From the IMG/VR virus record IMGVR_UViG_3300020183_000040, positions 21,187 to 85,186 of that record: a stretch of DNA of 64,000 nt. One strand, written 5' to 3'. Source of the DNA: a virus. Each line of letters begins with the position of its first letter. The stretch's first letter is position 1. Positions 9,568 to 20,600 of the stretch are shown piece after piece. Below the pieces are notes generated by a model. That model worked only from the letters and a program-made list of their open reading frames with translations, was not told the DNA's origin and ran no database searches. The position numbers were made by a program, and so were the translations under genes.

Positions 9568-12500
9568 ATGGCAAGAGTAGTTCCTGGATCTGGTGCAGTA
9601 ATCAAACCAAACTTCAATAAAGAATTTGGTGTAGTTTCTGTTGACGTTATTTCTGGTGGGAAAAACTACTCAAGTGCGGATCCTCCCAGGCTAACAATTG
9701 ATAACTGTGGTACTCCCGAACAAGAAGCTCTTCTTTGGCCTCAGATTGATTCAAAATCTGGAAAAATTTTATACGTTAGAGTTCTAGAATCTGGCAAAGG
9801 TTATGACCCACTCAGAGTTACAATCACTCCTAAGCAAGATTCCATTACAGTTGTAAATTCATTTGATCCCAATAGAATTTGGGTATCTGCAAATACGTCT
9901 GTTACTACTGGTAGATTTTCTCAATATGACAGACTAAAAGTAAAAACAAATGGACTTCCAGATCCAGCTCCATACGATAAAGATGGAGTTTTCTCGATTC
10001 CATATGATCATACTTTTATTTTTAGGGGAGGTAAAGATGTACCGAATCTAGGATTGAGAGATACTTATAATGATCAAGCACTCGGTATTATGGCAAACGG
10101 AGTTGAACTCCATACTCCAGATTTTTACGATATTGATTCAGTAAATACAATATCCAATTATAGTTATGATGTTGTAAAAACACCATCTTTACTTAGTTTA
10201 GACCAATATGGTGGCACCACTAGTCAAGACAATGCCCTGGATGGAAAATATTTTTATACAAACTCCCGATTACTTTTAGCCTATGCAGCAGCAGGCAGCA
10301 CATATCATATTGCTCCATATTACAAAAATAGTAATTATCAAGGAGATCGTGGAAGACATCCCAATGGTCACTCAAAAATTGTTGGATATTCATATGATGG
10401 GTATCCAATCTATGGTCCATATGGATATGCGGATCCTTTGGTTAGTAGCACTGTAACTAATCTTCAACCGTCGTATAGACTAAGAAACACATCAGAAACT
10501 GCAGCTATAAGACCTGCTGTAGTTACGCCATCTACTGTCACATATACAGTTACAGTTGCTCCAGGTGTTCTTTCAGCAGGGCAACCAGGTATAAATCGTT
10601 ATTACATTACTGGGGGTGGATTTACAAATGAAGAAAAACCATTTCTAAATCTTCAAAGGGGAAGTACATATATTTTCAATCAAGATGATCCGACTAATAC
10701 TACACATCCAATATTATTTTCTCCATATGGATCTAGTGTCGCTCAAGGTTGGCATACATCAGGACAAACTGCTGGAGATGTAAATGCCCTTTGGAGACAA
10801 GGTGTAAAATATTTTATTGGAAATGCACAAGTTACATATAGTACATATGTTTCAAGTTTCAATAGTGCATCTCTACGTAGAGTTGAATTCACAGTCCCTA
10901 TAGAAGCTCCGACTATTCTATATTATTTTTGCTATAACCATACAAACATGGCAGAAAAAATTGTTGTAGATGGTTATCCAAATGGAACATTTATTCAAGA
11001 CAATATTTACATCGAAGGTCTTGGTGATTTAGATGAGTTCAATGGAAGATATTGTAAAACTCCAGAATATCCAAACGGAACTTACGCATATTTTGCAACA
11101 GTTGATGCAAACCAAAATCCAATTTATCCATATTTTATTGCAACTAAATTCTATGGTGAAGAGTATCTTCCTGGATCTACTCTACCTGAGGTATCTTTAG
11201 ATACTCCAAGTGGTGCCAGTGCCATAGCAGTTATAAATCCAGACAATACAAATGGCGAAATTCAATATATTGGAATGAAATCAAACGGTGATGGATATTT
11301 TGGAGATGCTAGAGTAGATATTCTTGGTGGTGAAGGTAGTGGAGCAACTGCAAACGCAGTAACAAGAAGTGTTACTGGACTATCACTGATTTCTGAAGGA
11401 AAAAATTATCTCAGTCCTCCAAATATATTCTTCCAAGGTGGCGGCGGGCAGGGAGCAAAAGGTGTTGCCTCTATTGATCCAGCTGGAAAACTTACTAGTG
11501 TAACAATCAATAATCCTGGTCAATATTATAATACTCCACCATACATTATTGTTGATGGGGGTGGAGGAATCGGTGCTAAAGCAGAAGCAATTATTTCCCA
11601 GGGTAAACTAACTGGTGTTGTTATTACAGATCCTGGAAGTGGGTATGTATCGCCACCAAAAATTATTTTTACAAAACTAGCCACTCTCAAGAGAAAGGTA
11701 CGTAATCGTCAGGCGTATGACTCTATAAACTTCAATCTATGCGGTCTTGCAGCTCCAGTAAATGTCAGTCAGACTTCTATCTTTGTTGATAGTACAGATG
11801 CATTTCCTGGTTCTGGAACTTTGATGATTGATAATGAAATTATTAGATATAATTCTAAATCAGCAGGTAGATTTACAGGCATTAGTAGAGCAGTAAATTT
11901 CCGATTTGACCAAAGAGTAATCCTTGATGATGATCAAAATGATCCAGTAACGGGAGACTCTACATATCAATTTGTCGTTGGAGATAGAGTAGTTAGGAGA
12001 GTTGACAATGCTTCTAATAAAATTGCAATTGTTTATGACTGGAAACCAGATACTAGAGAACTGTTTGTAAAATTTCAAGTAGATGATTTGGCGTTTATTG
12101 ATGCTGGCATTCCATCATCTGAAGAAAGAACTATTACATTTGATGCGGGAATTGCAGAATCTTCTCTTGCTGCACAATTACCACACACTACGGAAGTTAG
12201 TGATGGAGATTTTATTCGACTCTTTGTAGGCGACCCAGTTTTTGGTGCAAAAGTTACACCTCAAGTAGTTCTAACCGATACTAAATACGTAGATGACAAT
12301 GACGATGGTATACCTGATCTAATCAATACTGGCACTGCATTCGCAAACCAAATTGCTCTAGATGGTGGTAAATACAATTCACTTTATGGTATTGAAGAAA
12401 CAATCGGTGGAACTAATACGACACTGTTCCAACTTGGAGATGGCATTTCTGATGCAAGCACTCCAACAAAAATTGCAACAGTTGATGTTGCTGGAGCTCT

Positions 12501-13104
12501 TGGTGATGGAATTGAACATAATGCAGATCTTACCATTACTCTAGATTCTAGATATAATAATACTCAAACCTTCTTCTCGGGTGAGTTGATTGAAGGAGAA
12601 CAATCTGGTATTACGGCAGAAGTAGTAGAGTTCAAACCCAGTACTCGTGAACTAATTCTTACTGATGTAACTGCATTTGATACTGGAAATGTAAACCTAG
12701 GAGTCAATGGTAAATATTATACATTCTCCAGAAACTCAAGTATCATTGGTATCAAAGTAGTTCAACCAGGAACAAACTATACTTTGCCGCCAATAATTAC
12801 TATTCAATCCATGCCAACTGGTGTTTCTGCCTATGCGACAGCTGTGATGAGTCCTTCTGGAGATCAAATTGCATCTGTAACAATGACTGTTGAGGGATAT
12901 GGCTATGAGCAATATGTCGATCCTGCCACAGAAATATTATATCCTACCATCACGGTGACAAATGCTCCTGGTGATACCACTGGTACTGGAGCAGTTTTAG
13001 AGGCAATTGTTGGCGGAGAATTTATTGTTGGTAATAATGGAGCACGTTGGAGAGTTGAGAAAATTGAGTATCAAACTCTTATCAGAAATGAGTTCTCTAC
13101 ATAG
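9568..13104 (+). CDS. Structural protein with a YHYH-like domain split by a cupredoxin-like insert, plus Gly-rich (GSGY..P) repeats
   Basis: Paralogous blocks shared with 7356..8309; LYYFCYNHTNM motif; repeated NPGxxY..PP units. Confidence 0.7.
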   Translation: MARVVPGSGAVIKPNFNKEFGVVSVDVISGGKNYSSADPPRLTIDNCGTPEQEALLWPQIDSKSGKILYVRVLESGKGYDPLRVTITPKQDSITVVNSFDPNRIWVSANTSVTTGRFSQYDRLKVKTNGLPDPAPYDKDGVFSIPYDHTFIFRGGKDVPNLGLRDTYNDQALGIMANGVELHTPDFYDIDSVNTISNYSYDVVKTPSLLSLDQYGGTTSQDNALDGKYFYTNSRLLLAYAAAGSTYHIAPYYKNSNYQGDRGRHPNGHSKIVGYSYDGYPIYGPYGYADPLVSSTVTNLQPSYRLRNTSETAAIRPAVVTPSTVTYTVTVAPGVLSAGQPGINRYYITGGGFTNEEKPFLNLQRGSTYIFNQDDPTNTTHPILFSPYGSSVAQGWHTSGQTAGDVNALWRQGVKYFIGNAQVTYSTYVSSFNSASLRRVEFTVPIEAPTILYYFCYNHTNMAEKIVVDGYPNGTFIQDNIYIEGLGDLDEFNGRYCKTPEYPNGTYAYFATVDANQNPIYPYFIATKFYGEEYLPGSTLPEVSLDTPSGASAIAVINPDNTNGEIQYIGMKSNGDGYFGDARVDILGGEGSGATANAVTRSVTGLSLISEGKNYLSPPNIFFQGGGGQGAKGVASIDPAGKLTSVTINNPGQYYNTPPYIIVDGGGGIGAKAEAIISQGKLTGVVITDPGSGYVSPPKIIFTKLATLKRKVRNRQAYDSINFNLCGLAAPVNVSQTSIFVDSTDAFPGSGTLMIDNEIIRYNSKSAGRFTGISRAVNFRFDQRVILDDDQNDPVTGDSTYQFVVGDRVVRRVDNASNKIAIVYDWKPDTRELFVKFQVDDLAFIDAGIPSSEERTITFDAGIAESSLAAQLPHTTEVSDGDFIRLFVGDPVFGAKVTPQVVLTDTKYVDDNDDGIPDLINTGTAFANQIALDGGKYNSLYGIEETIGGTNTTLFQLGDGISDASTPTKIATVDVAGALGDGIEHNADLTITLDSRYNNTQTFFSGELIEGEQSGITAEVVEFKPSTRELILTDVTAFDTGNVNLGVNGKYYTFSRNSSIIGIKVVQPGTNYTLPPIITIQSMPTGVSAYATAVMSPSGDQIASVTMTVEGYGYEQYVDPATEILYPTITVTNAPGDTTGTGAVLEAIVGGEFIVGNNGARWRVEKIEYQTLIRNEFST

Positions 13105-13107
13105 TAC

Positions 13108-13115
13108 TATAAATA
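13108..13115 (+). promoter_or_regulatory. T4-type late promoter TATAAATA
   Basis: Exact consensus upstream of gp8, followed by a GAGG RBS. Confidence 0.8.
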
Positions 13116-13139
13116 GATAACGAGGAAAAAGTTTTACAC

Positions 13140-14672
13140 ATGGCAGCTCTACTTACTGATCAATTTAGGATCTTCTCTGCAAAAAAGTTTATCAAATCTC
13201 TTGAGGGACCATCAAGCACCCAATCGGATGCAGCTGCAGGTGCTAGTAGGGATCGTCTATATGTTTTTATCGGTAGACCCCAACAATGGGATAATGAAAA
13301 CTCCCCACCACAAGCTATCGATTCCTTTGATCAGTTTTCGGATTCTTACGATGATATGATTTCATTGAAAAGAGTTCTAGCATCTGATACCATTCAAGTA
13401 GTTAGAAGAATTGACTGGACTCCACCAGAGCAAACTACGGGTGGTTTGGGATTTACGTATGACATGTATAGACATGATTATTCGCCAACAAATACTGCAT
13501 CTTCTGGAGCAACTAAACTATATGATGCTGATTTTTACGTGGTAAATACAAACTACCAAGTTTATAAGTGTATTTACAACGGAACTTCTCCTTCAGATCC
13601 AAATGGAAAACCATCGACTATCGAACCAACTGGTACTTCTACTTCTATTATCACCACTGCTGATGGTTATCGTTGGAAGTATATGTATACCATCCCAGTG
13701 GCACAGGTTCTGAAATTCTTCTCAAATGAATACATGCCAGTGTTCTCTAATGAATCAGTGGTTTCTAATGCAGTTTCTGGAGAAATTGATACCGTAGTAA
13801 TTACATCTTCAGGTTCTGGATATAATAATGGAACCTATGATAATATTTCAATTGCTGGAGATGGAGTTGGTGGGAGAGTTTCAATTGTTATTGACGGCGG
13901 TAAGATCATTGCTGCTACTGTAACTTCGGGTGGTACTGGGTATACATTTGCTAAAATTAGTGTCGATACAATTTCAGGTATTGGTACTGGTAGTGCGGGT
14001 CAAATTGATATTGTAACCCCTCCTCCTGGTGGGCATGGATTTGATCCAATTTTTGAACTTGGTGCATACCGAGTAATGGTAAATGCAAAACTTTCATATG
14101 ATGAAGGTGCTGGAGACTTTCCTGTAGATAACGACTATAGGAGGGTAGGTCTTTGTGTAAATCCACTTAGATATGGAACTACTGAACTGTTGGCAGATCT
14201 AACTGTATCTGCATCAAGAGCAGTTATTTTTGCCCAAACTTTCCAGGGTAATTTTCTCCCAGATGAAATTATCAGTCAAACACGTATCGTTGGTGGTGCA
14301 TCTGTTACATCCCGTGGACGAGTAATCTCGTGGAATCCAACAACCAAGGTGCTGAAGTACTATCAAAATAGAATTGACGGTATTTACCCAGAAATCATTG
14401 GATCATTGAATGAGTTTGATGGATCTAATCCAATCGTAGGTGCTACCTCAGGTTCATCTGCAGAACCAGAAATTGTATTTCCTAGCGTACCAAATACATC
14501 TTCTCGTGTTATCAATGGCACTGAATATGATCTTGGTATGAGATTCACTTCAGGTTATGCAAAACCAGAAATTTCTTTCAACACGGGAGAGATTATTTAC
14601 CTAGATAATAGAAGATCAATTAGTCGTGCAAGCGACCAAATTGAAGATATCAAAATTGTAATCGAGTTCTAA
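13140..14672 (+). CDS. gp8: Baseplate wedge subunit gp8
   Basis: LYVFIGRPQQW, VYKCIYN, DGYRWKYMYTI and the C-terminal GEIIYLDNRRSISRASDQIEDIKIVIEF are typical of gp8. Confidence 0.9.
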   Translation: MAALLTDQFRIFSAKKFIKSLEGPSSTQSDAAAGASRDRLYVFIGRPQQWDNENSPPQAIDSFDQFSDSYDDMISLKRVLASDTIQVVRRIDWTPPEQTTGGLGFTYDMYRHDYSPTNTASSGATKLYDADFYVVNTNYQVYKCIYNGTSPSDPNGKPSTIEPTGTSTSIITTADGYRWKYMYTIPVAQVLKFFSNEYMPVFSNESVVSNAVSGEIDTVVITSSGSGYNNGTYDNISIAGDGVGGRVSIVIDGGKIIAATVTSGGTGYTFAKISVDTISGIGTGSAGQIDIVTPPPGGHGFDPIFELGAYRVMVNAKLSYDEGAGDFPVDNDYRRVGLCVNPLRYGTTELLADLTVSASRAVIFAQTFQGNFLPDEIISQTRIVGGASVTSRGRVISWNPTTKVLKYYQNRIDGIYPEIIGSLNEFDGSNPIVGATSGSSAEPEIVFPSVPNTSSRVINGTEYDLGMRFTSGYAKPEISFNTGEIIYLDNRRSISRASDQIEDIKIVIEF

Positions 14673-14676
14673 AGAG

Positions 14677-17600
14677 ATGCCTCAGAATACTAATCTAAAC
14701 GTCACGCCTTACTACGACGATTTTGACAAGAATAAGAACTTCTATAAAGTTCTGTTTAGACCTGGATTTCCAATTCAGGCTAGAGAACTTACGTCTGCAC
14801 AAAGTATTCTACAGCATCAGGTAGAGAATATTGGAACGCACCTATTCAAAGAAGGTGCAATGGTTATACCTGGTCAAGTTGGATATGATACAAGTATTGA
14901 TTGTGTTCTTCTTCAAGCAAGTTTTCTTGGATCAAATATAGAACTATATCGGGAACAAATAAACGGCATTATTATTACTGGTCTCAATAACGGTGTAAAA
15001 GCAAAGGTTTTGTATTCTATTTCAGCCGAGGAGTCTGAACGTGGATATGCAACTCTGTATGTAAAATATGTACAAAATGGTGGAACTCAATCGACAGTTA
15101 GAACATTTGAAAATAATGAGCAACTCTTCACAGATGTAGATATCACTTTTGGGACAACCCTGATCGAAGCTGGATCTCCATTTGCACAACTTCTTCCATC
15201 TTCTTCATTGTCTGTTGGATCTGCAGCATATATTGAAGATGGTGTATATTTCATACGAGGTCATTTTGTAGACGTAAAAAAAGAATATATTCTTCTAAAT
15301 CAATATGATAATAATCCTTCATACAGAATTGGTCTAAGTGTTACAGAATCTATTGTAACTTCAGAAGATGATGAATCTCTAAATGATAATGCTGCTGGTA
15401 GTTCAAACTACTCTGCCCCTGGAGCGCATAGATTCAAGATTTCCACTAGTCTTGTAAAGAAACTATTTGATGACGAATCAGATAAAAATTTTATTGAACT
15501 ACTTAGAATCAGTAACTCAAAAATTCAAAAATTTGTTACTAGAACCGCTTATAGCGAACTAGAAAAATCAATGGCTCTGAGGACATTTCAGACCAATGGT
15601 AACTATGTAACTAGGAATTTTGATATTACTGTAAGAGATCAACTCAACGATGATGCAAAAAGTGGTATCAATGGAGTTTACGCAGCTGGATCTACAACTA
15701 GATCTGGTTTGATAGCAAGTGACGATTACTATACTGCAGAAATAAGTCCTGGTGTTGCATATGTAAATGGTTTCCAAATTGAAACAATTACTCCTCAATT
15801 TATTGATTTTGAAAAACCAAGAGATACAAAGGCACTTCAAAATCAGATCGTTCCTTTTGCAGTTGGTAATGAACTGACTGTAAATTCTCTATATGGATTC
15901 CCAAATTTTACAGGTCCTAGCGTATCGTCTGCATATCAAGTTGTAGAATTGCGTGATACTCCAAGTTCAACTCCTGGAGTTGCAGCTGGTTCTGTTATTG
16001 GTTATGCAAGATGCCTAAGTTTAGAGCATACTGATCTTGGTCCCAATGGAACTTACGGGGGAGATGATGATATTTACAAAATGAATATCTTTGATATTCA
16101 AATGCTAACTATCATTCGTGTAAGTGCCAATACAACTATTTCACAGGGTTCTCAAATTATTGGTGGGACAACTGGAGCTAGATGTTTTATTGTTGCTTCA
16201 CAAACTAATGCTACACATCTTCAAACATATCAACTTGAGGGAAATTTTTCAGTAGGAGAAAAGATTTTTGTTGATGGTGTAGACAAAGGAACTATTACTC
16301 ATTTGCACACATTTGAGTTTTCTGATACTCGTACTTTTATTGGTAGAGATGAATCTAGCAGTATTATAGAATTCGGAGCAAATATTGTTCTTGATGATTA
16401 TCTGGCACTAGAAGGTGATACATTCACTGTGAGCACTGATAATGGTGGTCAAATTGTTGGTTTCAATACCAACTTTGCAAAAGATCTAAGACCTGGAGAT
16501 GTTCTATACTTCAATGGAACTGATTACCTCACTGTAGAAAAGGTAAATCCAACGGCATTGAATACACAAGGAATCTCAGTAATCTTTGATTACACTAACC
16601 AAATTGTAAGAACTGATGCAGGGGTTGGTACTATTGCTGCAGGAACATATACTAGTATTGTTAGAGCTCGTGCTCAACTTCTTGGTCAAGAAAATAATGA
16701 TCTGTTCAGTCCAATGCCAAAGAAATACGTAAAAAGTATTTCTGATGAATCAATGACTGTTAGAAGAACATATGATGCTCTAACAGTTCCTGCAGGATCT
16801 CTGACTGTTGATCTTGGTAGCAACGAACAATTTTCTTCAATTGAAGATGAAAATTATAATCTGACTGTCCTTGCATCATCAAATGCTTCTCATCCTGTGG
16901 GGAGTCAAATAAGACTTGTAACATCATCTGGACAAACTACTACTGTAGGATATGCAACATTTACTAGTAACGATAGAACAACTCTTACAATTGCTAATCT
17001 TACTAATATTACAGCAGTAAAACTTACAGCAACAATTTCAAAGAATGTTGTGAATAAGACTTTGAAAACACTATCTAAAATGTTTGTTTTGAAGGTCAAT
17101 AAAACAATTGATAATAAAGATACTCAGCAATTTGGATTGACATATTCAAATCTATACGGAACAAGAATTGAAGATAGTGATATTTCCTTGGGTATATCAG
17201 ATGCATTCCAACTACAAGCTGTCTACGAATCTCTAAACGATAATGACCCTGTAGTTCCATCACTAACAATTTCAGAATCTATATTCTTTGCCCCAGGAAC
17301 TTTCATCACTGGTAAAACATCTAATGCTAAAGGTAAAGTTATATCGTTTATAACATCAACTCTAGTAATCAATTACATTGCAGTTAGTGGATCTTTCATT
17401 CCTGGAGAACAAATTACGGGATTTGATTCTACTGGTGCTGCAGTCACTGGACTAGTAACTGATGATAGTAACTCTATCATTGCTGGTTCTAAAGTTGTAA
17501 CTGATGATTATTATATCGAACTAAATCAAACTGGATTTTTCTATAACACATCAAAATTAGTTCGTAAACCAGGAGTTCGACCTGCAGTTAGAAAACTCCT

Positions 17601-20600
17601 AGTAGTTTTTGATTGGCTAGCTCACTCATCAACAGGGGACTATTTTGCTGGTCAATCATATACTGGACTATCTTACTACGATATTCCATTTTTCAACCAA
17701 GCACTTTGTCTAACAGACTTCCTTGACTTTAGACCATCTGCGAAAAATCTATACTCTGGAACTGGTACAGTTGGATCGCCCGCGTCAGTTCAGTGTTCAA
17801 CTCTAGATTTCAGATCAAGACTATTTACTTCTGGTGCTACTATCACTGATGTACCAAAACTAGATAGTGACTTCCGTTGCGATTTTGATTTTTATCTACC
17901 AAGAGTAGATAAACTATTTTTATCTTCTGAAGGAGGATTCCAAATCATATCTGGAAAATCTGCAGAAGTTCCAGAAGTGCCTGAAGATATTCAAAACGCA
18001 ATGCTTCTTTCTACAATTAGAATGAGACCTTATGGATTTGATCCAGAGAAAGATGTCGTACTTACTAATGAGGATCATCGTCGTTACACAATGAGAGACA
18101 TTGGAAGTCTTGATCGTCGTTTGAGCACTGTAGAATACTACACATCGCTATCATTGCTAGAAGCAGATACTGCAAATACTAAGATTTTAGATGCATCTGG
18201 AAAAGATCGTCTCAAGAATGGTTTTATTGTTGATGACTTTGCTTCCCACGATAGATCTGATACCTCAAACTTTGATTACAGAGCATCTTTGGACTATGCT
18301 CAGGGACATTGTAGAGCTGTTCACTACACAACTAATGTTGCTCTAGAATATAATGCATCTGCATCCCAAAATATTCAACAAACTGGTCCTTTGCTGACTC
18401 TTCCATATACAGAAGAAGCAATTGTAAATCAACCATATGCATCAAGAGTTGTAAACGTAAACCCATTCAACGTTTTTACATTTATTGGTCGTATTGATCT
18501 ACTACCATCTACAGATGACTGGATTGATACTAAGAGAGAACCAGCAAAAGTTACTCAAATTGAAGGTAACTATGAAGCCACAAGAAAAGAAATGAATGTG
18601 GATCAAAATGGTTTTACTCCTATTCAGTGGAATTCTTGGCAAACTTCTTGGGTTGGTGAGAAAACAACTGCTACTAAGACTGTCTATCAACCAGATTGGG
18701 TTGCCTCAGACGTTGGAAAATCTCCTGCTCCATGGGTATGGGGTGGCAAGGGTCTACGTCGTATCAATGAAGTCGATACTATCCAAGTAACAACGAAATC
18801 TACTCGTTCTGGTACAAGAAGTAAAGTAGTACCAAAAATTGAAAACAAATCTCTGGGTGATTCTGTCATAGCGAGTACAGTTGTTCCGTGGATTCGTTCT
18901 AGAAATGTCCAACTATTTTGTTCTCGTCTAAAACCAAGAACTCGTTTCTATGCATTCTTTGATAATGTGAACTTTACAAATTACATGGTTCCAAAAATCA
19001 TTGAACTAGTAAAAGATACTGCTTTGGATTCAAGAAGCAATGCAACACCATTTGTTATTGGAGAAACTGTAGTTGGTCAAACATCTGGATGTAAGTTGGT
19101 TGTTGCTGCCCCAAATGATGGATATAACTTCAACCCATATTCAGATGCTGCAATGCCAACCTCTTATGCTGCAACTACAGATTTTCTGAATATCAATACA
19201 GAATTGATGGCAAAGACAATTTCTGGAAATGCATATGGAAATTTCCAAGTTGGAGAAGTTCTAATTGGATCTTCTGGCGCAAAGGCAGTTGTAAAAGATC
19301 GTCGTCTTGTATCAGATAGATCTGGAGAATTCAAATCTGCAATGTGGATTCCAAATCCAAATGTAGATACTAATCCAAGATGGGGAACTGGGAGAAGAAC
19401 TATTCGTTTGACAACTTCTATAACAGATAGTCGTCTTGAAGGTGCAGTATCATCCTCCGCACAAACTACTTATACTGCTACTGGAATCCTAAACACAATT
19501 CAGGAAAATATTCTTGCAGTGCGTAATGCTGAAATTGTTGTAGATACAGTAACGGAAGAAAAAGTAGAACTTTCTACTAGAGAAGAAACACGTCAAGTTG
19601 GTTGGTATGACCCACTTGCACAGTCATTTATTATTGATAAACCAGGTGGTTGTTTTGTAACTAGTTTTGATGTATTCTTCTTCTCAAAAGATAAGTCAGT
19701 TCCTATTTCATGTCAAATTCGTGCAATGGAAAATGGATATCCAACAAAGAGAATTCTACCATTCTCAGATGTAACCATTATTCCTTCTAAAGTTCAATTA
19801 TCAGAAAACGGATCTATCCCCACTCGGTTTACTTTCCAAGCTCCAGTCTATCTACTATCCTCTGTTGAATATTGTTTTGTTCTTCTATCTGACTCTAATG
19901 AGTACCAAGTTTGGGTATCTAGAATGGGAGATGATGATGTAACAAATAATAGAACAATTTCAGAACAACCATATGCAGGTGTTCTGTTCAAATCACAAAA
20001 CGCATCAACTTGGACAGCAGATCAATATGAAGATTTGAAATTCACTTGCTACTTAGCTAAATTCAATATTGGAGCGCAATCAAAAGCAGTCTTCAATAAT
20101 ACTCAACTTGCTCTTGGTAATAAGGGTATTCTAAATCTACGCAATAATCCAATCGTTACTCTGAAACCAGATCAAAATCTAGTCCTATCTTTGCCAAATG
20201 TTCCATATACTAATGGAGCAACTATCAGATATATTAGTGGTGGAAACATCTATCTTGGAACTGGAACAGTAAAATCAACATCGGAACTTGCTAGTGGAAC
20301 AGTTCTAACCCTAACTAATGTTACTGGTTCGTTTACTTCTGGAGCAAGACTGGCATCATCTAGAACAACAGCGACTATTACTGTTAGTGGAAATAGTGGT
20401 GCATTTACTGTAGGTAATGTAATCAAAAATGCTTCTTCAACTACTGCCGAAATTACTGCTTTCAGTGGGACAACTCTTACGGTAAATTATATCAGTCCAG
20501 GTGACAGCGGTGTTGTATTCCAAGCAAATGATGCAATTACAGAATTTGCTACAATTCAATCTACAACAGCACTCAATACAGCAACTATCAGTGCTGTAAC

